DNA from: a virus
Taxonomy: Duplodnaviria > Caudoviricetes
Strand: one strand, 5' to 3'
Virus record (IMG/VR): IMGVR_UViG_2617270876_000003
Location: 96,001-160,000 of that record
Length of the DNA stretch: 64,000 nt
Position numbers and translations under genes: made by a program. Below, one piece after another: positions 9,255-18,163 of the stretch (within the stretch, counting starts at the first letter, position 1; every line of letters begins with the position of its first letter). The notes under the pieces were generated by a model. It was not told the origin of the DNA, ran no database searches, and saw only the letters and a program-made list of their open reading frames with translations.

Positions 9255-9503
9255 TTAATATTTACTTTTAGATGAGAAATAGAATATGCCTACTGAAACA
9301 ATAATGCAAATAGCAACTAATGGGAAGCTAACAAGATGATTGAATAACCAATTTGCGAAACCTTGTTGAAGCGACATGTCTACTTGTCCACCCAAAAACT
9401 CTTGCTTTTCAGGAGTTGTTACTTTTAATCCGTAGATGATCAAGCAAATTAATGGATAAACCAAAGCCAATGCTCCCAGTGCAATCTTCTGATCACGTTT
9501 CAT
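9255..9503 (-). CDS. Small two-TM membrane protein
   Basis: Two hydrophobic segments; AGGAGG RBS. Confidence 0.65.
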   Translation of the reverse strand: MKRDQKIALGALALVYPLICLIIYGLKVTTPEKQEFLGGQVDMSLQQGFANWLFNHLVSFPLVAICIIVSVGIFYFSSKSKY

Positions 9504-9630
9504 ATTCACCCTCCTTTCATCTATATATTGTATTGCTCGAATCAATCATAACACTATATATAGATTTTGGAAATATTTTTAATTATGACTAAAGGAAATT
9601 AATCTTTCACCGAAAAGAGTAGCCCTTCGG

Positions 9631-9849
9631 CTACTCCTCTTTTATCATCTTGTTCCAAGCGTCTTCAACAGCTTCGGCTTGAGTCATAAAAGAGTCAGAT
9701 ACAGATCTCTTTTTAGTCTCAAAATCTTCAAGATAACACTTAAACATTCCAACGGTTTTTAGAAATACTATGTACTCACGTCCATCCAATTCCATTATTG
9801 AAATCTGTACCTTGTTATTGTGTATTTGAGAATCGTTTATCATCAACAT
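9631..9849 (-). CDS. Hypothetical protein
   Basis: ORF with RBS and GAGTAGCC/GGCTACTC terminator. Confidence 0.65.
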   Translation of the reverse strand: MLMINDSQIHNNKVQISIMELDGREYIVFLKTVGMFKCYLEDFETKKRSVSDSFMTQAEAVEDAWNKMIKEE

Positions 9850-9929
9850 ATGATCACTCCTTAATACAATTATATTTTAATATATCATGAATACAGTGTT
9901 AAATGAAACATCTTAATAAACTCAGACTT

Positions 9930-10139
9930 TCATGCTAATTCAATTTGAAGAACATACATATCTGGTTCCATACCACTTTCATTTTTGCCACTATGATTTA
10001 TGAATCTAGAAACAACTTTGAATTTTACGATGCTCATTTTAAAAGTCAATAATACAAAGTCTCCTGTAGCTGGAATGTTCTTAGCTGTCACTAGTTGAAA
10101 TAGATCAAGCGAATCACATGCATAGATAAACTTGTTCAT
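9930..10139 (-). CDS. Hypothetical protein
   Basis: ORF flanked by dyads at 9916 and 10162. Confidence 0.65.
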   Translation of the reverse strand: MNKFIYACDSLDLFQLVTAKNIPATGDFVLLTFKMSIVKFKVVSRFINHSGKNESGMEPDMYVLQIELA

Positions 10140-10167
10140 GCTATTTCTCCTTTTTATCTGACTAAAA

Positions 10168-10347
10168 TCATTCTTTTATGTTAAGCTCATCTTGACTTAC
10201 CCATATTCTATTCCCATCATCACCCGTAATAAGATATTGCATTCTTTGCTCAATAATCTCGTATTTGTCTCCAGCAGGAAAGTATCCAATATAATTTTCC
10301 TGACTTACTTTAAGAATCGCGCTCTTTCCAATTTTCATAACTTTCAT
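10168..10347 (-). CDS. Small hypothetical protein (59 aa)
   Basis: Manually translated MKVMKIGKSAIL...NIKE*; AGGAGG RBS; stop falls in the dyad spacer. Confidence 0.6.
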   Translation of the reverse strand: MKVMKIGKSAILKVSQENYIGYFPAGDKYEIIEQRMQYLITGDDGNRIWVSQDELNIKE

Positions 10348-10609
10348 AAAAATTCCTCCTGTTTTTGTATTTTAATTTTAACGGAATTCGTTTCATCTAG
10401 ACTAATGCCTTGCCATATCCCTAAAAACCGCTGCAATATCCTCATCATTAATGATCCCTATACTTCCATCAGATTGCAGAATTATTGCTTGTTTCTGATT
10501 TGGATCGTAACCTAAACCGTATCGCTCTGCTGCGGCTTTAATAATTTGTTGAATATCCTTCTCCATTCTAATCACTCCATTATAATATGCATTTCTATTT
10601 GTTTAAAAT

Positions 10610-10780
10610 TCAACTTTCATGAGGCCTGGCTTCATCATTGTTAGTATACATCTTATTAATCATATCGCTTAATCTATTTATAATTCCTGAGTCCCTGCCT
10701 GTTACAGTCTCGATTCCCATAATATAAAACGCCGTATCGTGCAAAAGATCTGTTAACTTCATTTTCAATTCTTCATCCAT
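10610..10780 (-). CDS. Hypothetical protein
   Basis: ORF flanked by dyads at 10603 and 10795. Confidence 0.6.
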   Translation of the reverse strand: MDEELKMKLTDLLHDTAFYIMGIETVTGRDSGIINRLSDMINKMYTNNDEARPHES

Positions 10781-10808
10781 ATAAGTCTCTCCTTTTAAAA
10801 TAACTGTT

Positions 10809-10985
10809 TCATTCAAATGTATTTACAGTTTTGCTTATACATCTAACGAACAAATTGCTGCCCTCTCTTTTATAAACGAAATAGCTTTTATTTTTAAATA
10901 CAATGCAGTCACTTTCATAAATTTGAATATTCGACTTTACAGTAAATTCTTCTTCATCGTGGATCAATACTTTGTAGTTATTCAT
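10809..10985 (-). CDS. Small hypothetical protein (58 aa)
   Basis: Manually translated MNNYKVLIH...NTFE*; stop TGA supplied by the dyad arm. Confidence 0.6.
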   Translation of the reverse strand: MNNYKVLIHDEEEFTVKSNIQIYESDCIVFKNKSYFVYKREGSNLFVRCISKTVNTFE

Positions 10986-11220
10986 AATAACTCTCCTTTT
11001 CTTTGTAAAATCCTGCTTTCTTGGAATTATTAGTTATTATCAAGATCAACTAAATGTTCCCATGCATACGGTGTAATACAGGTCGCTTCTTCCTCGTTAT
11101 AGCAGACTATATCTTTGCCGAATTTATAGTGTGATTCTTTCTTTGTATCAATCTCTTTCCCACAGTAAGCACATTTAACTTTTGCCATTTTATACGCCTC
11201 CTCTTAAAATACTGTTTTGA

Positions 11221-11406
11221 TTAAGAAACTGATTTTAATTGACCAATCGAAAACCTAGCTGTTTTACCTACCGATTTATCTCCCTTAATCATTTCAGTTA
11301 TTTTCACATCCACTTTTGCTGATTTAAATAGGTGTCCAACAACACATCCTTTATAATGCTGTCTTGACGTTTCAATTTCTACTGTCATTCCTACCATTGA
11401 TTTCAT
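11221..11406 (-). CDS. Hypothetical protein
   Basis: ORF, GGAGG RBS. Confidence 0.6.
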   Translation of the reverse strand: MKSMVGMTVEIETSRQHYKGCVVGHLFKSAKVDVKITEMIKGDKSVGKTARFSIGQLKSVS

Positions 11407-11538
11407 TTTAAATAATCCTCCACTATTTCAATTTCGTTTCAGCATGAAATCGTTGTTTCCTTAAGAATTTTAATATGTTTTTCGTTATTTTTTCTTAATA
11501 ATATTAAATCACCAAATCATTAATTAGTCCATTTATTT

Positions 11539-11742
11539 TCACTTTATAAATTCTTGGCTTGATCTCTCTGTACCATCTTTTATCTTCTGTCGTTTCCTAT
11601 ATTGTATAGTAAATACATTGATTCCCTGATCATATTGGCACTTATAACAAGTTGTGGGAAGCCCTCGACATTCACAGTAATGTGCTGCTGCTTGTGTTGT
11701 GGGGCTTCCACAATGATAACAGATGGGCTTATTATAGGGCAT
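11539..11742 (-). CDS. Small zinc-finger protein
   Basis: CxxC...CxC...CxxC. Confidence 0.55.
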   Translation of the reverse strand: MPYNKPICYHCGSPTTQAAAHYCECRGLPTTCYKCQYDQGINVFTIQYRKRQKIKDGTERSSQEFIK

Positions 11743-11802
11743 TTATCATCCTCATTATAATGGTAAAACAGCTATACTGTTTTAATCCACTTCACCATAA
11801 TA

Positions 11803-12816
11803 TTATTTGATACTTACACAGCCATGCTTATCAGTGATAAACCTTATTCCCTCTTCCAATTCCTTATTTTTAGTTCCGGTTGATTCATCTGTGAGAAGAA
11901 TTCTTCGTAAGGAATTTAAATCATTTATAAGTACTTGATTATCTTTTTTATATTTTTCCAACAATTTATTTTTTCTTTTAATTAATCCTTCTTGTTCAAT
12001 AATGGTGATTCTATTATTATTGACTTCCACCTCAAGACGGTTAACTTTTCCGTTTAATTCACTAACAATATTAAGTTGTTTAGAAATATTGCTTAATTTA
12101 TCATTAATGCTAATAAGCTCATCTTTATTTGATTCATAATTTTTGAAATTACCGTGGAAGCATTCATTATTTTCCTGCTGAAGCATTAAACCATTCTCAA
12201 CAATGAATTGGTTCAGTGAGCCATGTCTCTTGGTAATATAATGAACTTTTTGATATACATTATTTGGATTTCTATTCAACTCTTTTGCTGCATTTTTTAT
12301 CGCAGCCATTTTATTAATTCCAGTGTTTTCCTGGATATTCAATATTTTATTTAATAAGACTAAATCGGAATCTGCCCAAGCACCAGTAACAACCTCCTTT
12401 GACTCTTGAGAAGATTGCTCTTCAATATTTAATAAATAGTTTCTAACCTTGACTGAAACTTCACTATCTCGTAAAAGCATACCGATACGTAAAATTGCAC
12501 GTTTGGGCAATAATTTCACTACAAATTGCGAATTCGGTAGGGCTTTCTTCAACTTGAAGAAAGCTTCATCCTTACTGGTAATCGTATTTACACCATCACT
12601 TTCAAATTCATTTTTATGGCGGTTTAGAATAGTTGCAATAGTTTTATAATCAACCTCATAAAACTCTGCTGCCATTTTGACTGTCATATGTTCTTCATCG
12701 GGTAACAAACTTAACATCTTGACTTTTGATAAAACCCCTATTTTCTCTATGTATTGATCCCTAATACTTTTATCTTCAACAAAATTTTGCTCTACTAAAC
12801 TCAATACTGCTCCCAT
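11803..12816 (-). CDS. Phage antirepressor-type DNA-binding protein with RsfA/Myb-like domain and coiled coil
   Basis: N-terminal AEFYEV...LRIGMLLRDSEV..VRNYLL; central AWADSDLVLL...AAKELNR. Confidence 0.6.
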   Translation of the reverse strand: MGAVLSLVEQNFVEDKSIRDQYIEKIGVLSKVKMLSLLPDEEHMTVKMAAEFYEVDYKTIATILNRHKNEFESDGVNTITSKDEAFFKLKKALPNSQFVVKLLPKRAILRIGMLLRDSEVSVKVRNYLLNIEEQSSQESKEVVTGAWADSDLVLLNKILNIQENTGINKMAAIKNAAKELNRNPNNVYQKVHYITKRHGSLNQFIVENGLMLQQENNECFHGNFKNYESNKDELISINDKLSNISKQLNIVSELNGKVNRLEVEVNNNRITIIEQEGLIKRKNKLLEKYKKDNQVLINDLNSLRRILLTDESTGTKNKELEEGIRFITDKHGCVSIK

Positions 12817-12840
12817 TATTGTTTATCTCCTTTTATGTAT

Positions 12841-13020
12841 TTAATTGTTATAAGATTCGATTAATGCTTCAAGTTTTGCAATCTGTGGCTTTTGTAAAGG
12901 CTGTTTGTTGTGAATGAACATCGAAAACAATGAATTTGATATATTTAATTTGTTTGCAATGAATGTTTTTTTAATACCTTTATCTTGTATTAATATTAAG
13001 GTTCTCTCTCTTAGTGTCAT
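12841..13020 (-). CDS. XRE/Cro-like HTH protein
   Basis: GIKKTFIANKLNISNSLFSMF helix-turn-helix. Confidence 0.7.
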   Translation of the reverse strand: MTLRERTLILIQDKGIKKTFIANKLNISNSLFSMFIHNKQPLQKPQIAKLEALIESYNN

Positions 13021-13233
13021 ACATCCTTCTCCATTCAAATAAATTTCAATAGCTATTTAAAAAAATATTCGTTTATTTACGTCTAAATATAGCTATTTTT
13101 ACTTTTATTCAATTATTACGAAAGTAACATTTCATGCAATGAATATATGATATTTGGAAAGCTGTAAGAAAAGTAATGTAGAACCAATATCATGAGTGAA
13201 TAGAAAGAAAAATTCTGCTTATTCTACCGATTC

Positions 13234-13599
13234 TTAATCATATATTTTTAACTGTCTTTGTAAATATGGTGTTAATTTAAACGGGATATTCCTTCCATTT
13301 ATTTCAGGTTCATTACAAGTTAAATTAATTTCATTAAATACATTATCTTTGTCTGTGTATAATACAATTCTTGCACAACTACCCCAATCAGTAGTTAGAT
13401 AAAAATTAGCAATATGATGAACAGAAACAGGGAAATCATTAATATAAATAAATTTGTTATCGAAATTCATATTTATGCTTTCAATTTCTCTTTCATGGTT
13501 TCCATCTTCGCCAAGCGCATGAACAATAATGCTGGTTCCCTCGTTTAACTTGAGAAAACCAATAATTTCATTTACACCAACATACTTTTCATACATCAT
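13234..13599 (-). CDS. Hypothetical protein
   Basis: ORF with GAGGAG RBS. Confidence 0.6.
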   Translation of the reverse strand: MMYEKYVGVNEIIGFLKLNEGTSIIVHALGEDGNHEREIESINMNFDNKFIYINDFPVSVHHIANFYLTTDWGSCARIVLYTDKDNVFNEINLTCNEPEINGRNIPFKLTPYLQRQLKIYD

Positions 13600-13691
13600 T
13601 ATCGCTCCTCAACTACTTTATTTAATTATTATAACCAACTTCTGAAGATGTCCCAATACGTTCTCAATTAAATTAAAATTTGATCAAAATA

Positions 13692-13889
13692 TTATTTATA
13701 GTAGGAATCATACAGAACTTTGATTGATTCATCATCCAGATGCTCGATTTTATCCCTAAATGTCTCCCTCAAATCAATCATAAATTCTTCGAAACTGGAC
13801 GTAGTATTTTCTGACTTCAATTCTTTAATATAATTTGTTAAAATTACTAATGGAAAATGATTAAGATTTCCTACTTGAACATGCTTCAC
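13692..13889 (-). CDS. Hypothetical protein
   Basis: ORF downstream of a repeat-marked promoter. Confidence 0.55.
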   Translation of the reverse strand: MKHVQVGNLNHFPLVILTNYIKELKSENTTSSFEEFMIDLRETFRDKIEHLDDESIKVLYDSYYK

Positions 13890-14005
13890 GCTTTGCTGTC
13901 TCCAAACTATGTATGTATTCTCTAATCTTGACTATATTATACCATCCCGCCACAACAAACACAATGTATTTAATATTTATTTTTACCTTATACCTTCTCC
14001 CTCGC

Positions 14006-14458
14006 TCATCCTCCCCTTATAATCACTTTCTCACCGTTTGCATTTTTAATGACCGCTTTATAAACTCCTGCTTCCTCTACAATCCCCATTAATTCAGATC
14101 CTTTCGTCCAGAACAAATGATACTCTACTGCCTCGCTAAACGCCACAGGTGCACCCAGAGCACGATACAAACTATCATTTACGATATATTCCCCTGACAT
14201 ATCTTCCTCATAAATCTCAGTCAAAATAAACTTACCTTGTGGAGTGCAAAGCACTTTATTAGGATAGTAATGTCCACAATCAGCAGCCATATTAATAATA
14301 GCCCACGTTGCGATTTCGTAGTTATTACTTGATGCTACAGCCTCCAACTCAGATTCATATATGTATTCATCATAAATTGTGTTCCCTCTGTCTGACAGCC
14401 TATCTGTTGCTACAGCAGCATAGTACAAAGTTAGTTCTGGTAGTTGGTTCATTGTCAT
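14006..14458 (-). CDS. Hypothetical acidic protein, possibly SOS-regulated
   Basis: ORF with GGGGG RBS; LexA box upstream. Confidence 0.65.
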   Translation of the reverse strand: MTMNQLPELTLYYAAVATDRLSDRGNTIYDEYIYESELEAVASSNNYEIATWAIINMAADCGHYYPNKVLCTPQGKFILTEIYEEDMSGEYIVNDSLYRALGAPVAFSEAVEYHLFWTKGSELMGIVEEAGVYKAVIKNANGEKVIIRGG

Positions 14459-14492
14459 ATCCCCTTTTTTATTTAGTATTTTTATAATAACA

Positions 14493-14506
14493 CAAACAAG
14501 TGTTCG
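14493..14506. promoter_or_regulatory. Putative Firmicutes LexA (SOS) box
   Basis: CAAACAAGTGTTCG versus consensus CGAAC-N4-GTTCG. Confidence 0.6.
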
Positions 14507-14587
14507 TATAAACCTTATTTCGGGATGAAATAGGGAAGATTTTGGGATGATTATTGTTAATACCACTTTAATATGATAAACTCATAT

Positions 14588-14664
14588 TATCCAATTAGGA
14601 TATTATTTTCAAATAGTTTATCCTTATCGGATATTACAAATTGATTATATATCCTAATTGGATA
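14588..14664. promoter_or_regulatory. Three palindromic operators TATCC-N5-GGATA
   Basis: Copies at 14588, 14619 and 14650 (exact 31-bp period) upstream of the XRE gene. Confidence 0.75.
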
Positions 14665-14671
14665 AATGTAA

Positions 14672-15217
14672 ATGCTTGGAGGAATCATTTTGGATATTTT
14701 TTCTGCAAGATTAAAATGGGCTAGAGAGAATTTAGATTTATCTCAGAAGGATATAGCTGAAAAAATTGGCATGTCGCCACAAGGATATGGAAAGATTGAG
14801 AATGGACAGCGCGAACCTAATTTGGAGACATTGGCTAAATTACCATCTATTTTGGGTGAAAGTGTTGATTTCTTAATTGGTGTAACCGATCTACACAAAG
14901 AAGCAGAGGAGATAATAAGAGAATTATCAGACACAATAAAAACAATTGATTTTTCACAAAGAAAATTGGCAAATTTAGAATATGAACGTTTAAAACTATC
15001 AAGTGGTTCAAATAATGATAGCTTGCTTCACTTTAAGTTGCGCCAAATAGAAAGGGGAACAGAATATCTTAATACGTATGAAAAACGATTGACTGCAATG
15101 TATGATGAGACAATTATTCAATTATCATTAATTCCCGGTGTTACCAAAGAGAAGGCAATTGAAATTGTTAACAATTTAGAAAATGATATTTTAAATCCAA
15201 GTAATACACAGTTCTAG
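14672..15217 (+). CDS. XRE-family repressor-like regulator
   Basis: LSQKDIAEKIGMSPQGYGKIENGQREP HTH; the only clear plus-strand gene inside the early arm. Confidence 0.85.
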   Translation: MLGGIILDIFSARLKWARENLDLSQKDIAEKIGMSPQGYGKIENGQREPNLETLAKLPSILGESVDFLIGVTDLHKEAEEIIRELSDTIKTIDFSQRKLANLEYERLKLSSGSNNDSLLHFKLRQIERGTEYLNTYEKRLTAMYDETIIQLSLIPGVTKEKAIEIVNNLENDILNPSNTQF

Positions 15218-15228
15218 GTCGTTAATGC

Positions 15229-15275
15229 AAAAAAGAGACGTAAAAGCGGATTTGTCGCTTAAAATCGTCTCTTTT
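15229..15275. terminator. Bidirectional terminator
   Basis: AAAAGAGACG...CGTCTCTTTT between convergent genes. Confidence 0.65.
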
Positions 15276-15300
15276 AGCAAATGACTAGCTTTACAAAAAA

Positions 15301-15585
15301 TTAGATAAATTCATCTACATATTCTACCGATATTTTATTCTCTTTGATAATAGTTTCTGCCTCATTCAAATCTATTTTACTATCTGGGTATTGAACAGTA
15401 CTTCCATCAATTTTATTGAATCTTATATATGAGGATATTCGATAGTTTTCTAGCACACCTGATTTATGCCTTTGAGTAACTATCTCAACTTTAGCAATAG
15501 ACTCAATAATAATATCTTGTATACCTTTATAGTTAATGATTGCTTTCCCACCCAAATTTATTGAAGTAAGCCTATAATCGCTCAT
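15301..15585 (-). CDS. Hypothetical protein
   Basis: ORF with AAGGAG RBS. Confidence 0.6.
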   Translation of the reverse strand: MSDYRLTSINLGGKAIINYKGIQDIIIESIAKVEIVTQRHKSGVLENYRISSYIRFNKIDGSTVQYPDSKIDLNEAETIIKENKISVEYVDEFI

Positions 15586-15679
15586 TATATAACTCTCCTT
15601 CTCATGAATACTGACATCTAATTATAATTACTTTTTTAATAATGTACAATAAGGAAGATAGTATAAATTAAGCATTTTA

Positions 15680-15865
15680 TTAAAATATTAGCAGATCATT
15701 ATTGATAATCCGAATGTAATTTTTGAATTCTCCTTCTATGAATTTTATTCTGCTTGCTTTTATACCCTTATCCAATACTTCAAATTTCGTTCCAGTATCA
15801 ACAACAACTCTTGAATCTGGGTAATCTTTATGTAAAAACAACTCATTTGTTGTTTGGCCTGTCAT
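15680..15865 (-). CDS. Hypothetical protein
   Basis: ORF flanked by dyads at 15663 and 15880. Confidence 0.65.
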   Translation of the reverse strand: MTGQTTNELFLHKDYPDSRVVVDTGTKFEVLDKGIKASRIKFIEGEFKNYIRIINNDLLIF

Positions 15866-15934
15866 TTCGCTTCCTCCTCATGAATCAAGAAATTTATCAA
15901 AAATTATTTTCATCGAATTCAATATTTAATTCAA

Positions 15935-16333
15935 TCAATTTAATGGTCGGCTCCCATAATCTCTTATGTACGCTTCCGGTGTATGCGTTTTTGTTATGCA
16001 TAAAGAATTTATCTTTCGAGCAGACTTCGTGATGGACAGTTCTTTAAGGTAGTCTTCTTCTTTATTCAAACCTTTTGTATGGCAGTACCATCTTGTAAGA
16101 TACTTAACTAATAAATCGTCTAAGCAGAATTCTAATTTGAAATCTGCCAACTCCCTTTTAAACCTTATAACAGAGGTCTTTCCCCAAAAACATATTTCGG
16201 CGTCTCTTCTCATTCCCTTAGTGAATTATATATCACCAGTAAAGCCGATCCCCCATATTTTGTGAGCATAAAAATCGGCTTTACTTTTTAATTTTAAGTT
16301 AAGTAATTCATAATTGATTGAGTTCTTAGCCAT
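15935..16333 (-). pseudogene. ORF interrupted by an in-frame TAA
   Basis: ATG 16333 with GAGG RBS reads MAKNSINY...GDI*FTKGMRRD...; TAA at 16226-16228. Confidence 0.55.
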
Positions 16334-16345
16334 AATCATAAACCT

Positions 16346-16714
16346 CTATTCTTCTTCAATAAAATTTCCCTCATCGTCAAAATCTTCTGAATTGATACTA
16401 TCAATAAAGATTTCTTTAAAGAATTGAATATCATCTTTATTAACAACTACGATTAATGCGTTGTTTTCTATTTTCACATAAATTTTCGCTTCATCAGTGC
16501 TAAAATCATACCCCGCTGTTCCACTTAAACTTTCCAAAACATCAACAGGAGCATAGAGCACAAGTTCATTTTGTGACCAATGATAAACGAGATGCTCTAA
16601 TTCTTCGCTTGTAAGATCGTAATAAGAATCAATATATCCTATTTGTTTGGATAAAAGTTTCTTACCTTCAGTTTGTATAAGGTCCATTTTTTCTTGAATA
16701 TTTTGAATGTTCAT
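16346..16714 (-). CDS. Hypothetical acidic protein
   Basis: ORF, GGAGG RBS. Confidence 0.65.
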   Translation of the reverse strand: MNIQNIQEKMDLIQTEGKKLLSKQIGYIDSYYDLTSEELEHLVYHWSQNELVLYAPVDVLESLSGTAGYDFSTDEAKIYVKIENNALIVVVNKDDIQFFKEIFIDSINSEDFDDEGNFIEEE

Positions 16715-16800
16715 TTAAATTCCTCCCGGTATATGTATGGTTTAATTTTACTACATTCTACTAGACAAGTCTGTAAAATCACTCTTTTACTTAGAAATGC

Positions 16801-17043
16801 TTACATCGCTCCATCTAGTTTCAGAAGCCTCACAACTTTATTTACAACAGATTTCGGAATAACATCTTTGTATTCGAGTACCAACATATTCTCCCTCACT
16901 TTATACCCTACACGTTTTCCCAATTCTGTTGTTTTTATATTCCATCTATCTAAAAACAGAATGTCAACAAGCCACTTTTCATCGACTACAATTGTAAAAA
17001 TGGGATCTTCTAAATGCGCACCTCTTTTTGAGCTGAATGGCAT
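16801..17043 (-). CDS. Hypothetical protein
   Basis: ORF, AAGGAG RBS. Confidence 0.6.
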   Translation of the reverse strand: MPFSSKRGAHLEDPIFTIVVDEKWLVDILFLDRWNIKTTELGKRVGYKVRENMLVLEYKDVIPKSVVNKVVRLLKLDGAM

Positions 17044-17086
17044 AGTTCTCGTCTCCTTATAGAACCCTCATTTAACAACTAACCGA

Positions 17087-17467
17087 TTAATGTACATAGC
17101 GGTATGATTCAAAATCATTAAGACATTCCTCGCATGCTCTACCATTAAAAAGAACATTTCTTTCCTTAATGAAGTCAAATCTTCTTCCGATTACTTTTGA
17201 AACCGATACATATCTTCCACAGCAACGACAATGTTCTTTATAGGCATAAACCTCTTCAAGTTTGGCGTTAGTTACACCTTGTTCCATTACTTCATAAGCA
17301 GACTCTATGCTCTCAAATGTATTATCAATTACCTGTTCCCATCCAGAATCAATTAATGAGAAAAGTTTCTTGTCACTAGTCTTTTCTGCATCCAACACGA
17401 GAGCCACAGCGCCACTTTCATATTCTTTAATAAATCCATAGATGTGCATCGTTATTCCTCCAAACAT
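17087..17467 (-). CDS. Hypothetical protein with C-terminal Zn ribbon
   Basis: CRCC...CEEC. Confidence 0.6.
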   Translation of the reverse strand: MFGGITMHIYGFIKEYESGAVALVLDAEKTSDKKLFSLIDSGWEQVIDNTFESIESAYEVMEQGVTNAKLEEVYAYKEHCRCCGRYVSVSKVIGRRFDFIKERNVLFNGRACEECLNDFESYRYVH

Positions 17468-17529
17468 GTTATTTGAATCTTAGTATAACATGAAGCTATA
17501 AGAGCTTATAAAATGAGTATTTCTTTTTG

Positions 17530-17736
17530 TTATCTAACCACCATCAAAGATCCTTTTCCTGCTTCGAATTTATTTTTAAGATATTCACCGTACATCTTTA
17601 CATAATCAAGCTTTTCAAATTCATACATATTTGCACATGAGAACGAATTGTTGAATTCATATTTGAATTCTTCAAAAGACAATCCCGATTCAATTTCATT
17701 CAACGACTCTTGGATTCTTTTGTTCATATTTTTCAT
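17530..17736 (-). CDS. Hypothetical protein
   Basis: ORF, AGGAGG RBS, repeat-marked promoter. Confidence 0.65.
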   Translation of the reverse strand: MKNMNKRIQESLNEIESGLSFEEFKYEFNNSFSCANMYEFEKLDYVKMYGEYLKNKFEAGKGSLMVVR

Positions 17737-17813
17737 TTCAACCGCCTCCTATGTATTACCTTATGAACTAAGTATACATCAGAAGACGGTAATAGTCAAT
17801 ATATTATTTATTT

Positions 17814-18152
17814 TCACTTATTAAAATAACCTTTTACCTCCAAAAAGTTTATCGCTTCTCTTCCGCTGATCTTCTTATAGTCTCCCTCACACACTCCACG
17901 ATTAACACTATAATATCCATAATCGACAGTAAATCCATTGTCATATACAAGCAACATAATAACTTTCTTACCTTTATAAATAAACGGTTTATCTAGACTT
18001 TCAATAACCCGCTGTCTTAATTGTCGTTTTTGTTCAAAGTCACACATCGCATGTACTGCCTGTTTACCAGCAGACCATTCGACTTCTTCGCCAATATTGA
18101 TAGGATCATTACAAAACGGACAAACACTTGTAAATTTTGCTTTGATAATCAT
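17814..18152 (-). CDS. Zn-finger hypothetical protein
   Basis: AKF..CPFC..I..GE....HAMC. Confidence 0.6.
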   Translation of the reverse strand: MIIKAKFTSVCPFCNDPINIGEEVEWSAGKQAVHAMCDFEQKRQLRQRVIESLDKPFIYKGKKVIMLLVYDNGFTVDYGYYSVNRGVCEGDYKKISGREAINFLEVKGYFNK

Positions 18153-18163
18153 GTCTATTATGC

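Noticed and set aside
205-11461. Dyad array as a CRISPR array or classical attC integron
   Set aside because: Repeats are degenerate and separated by whole genes; no cas genes; no long attC hairpins with RYYYAAC/GTTRRRY ends were seen
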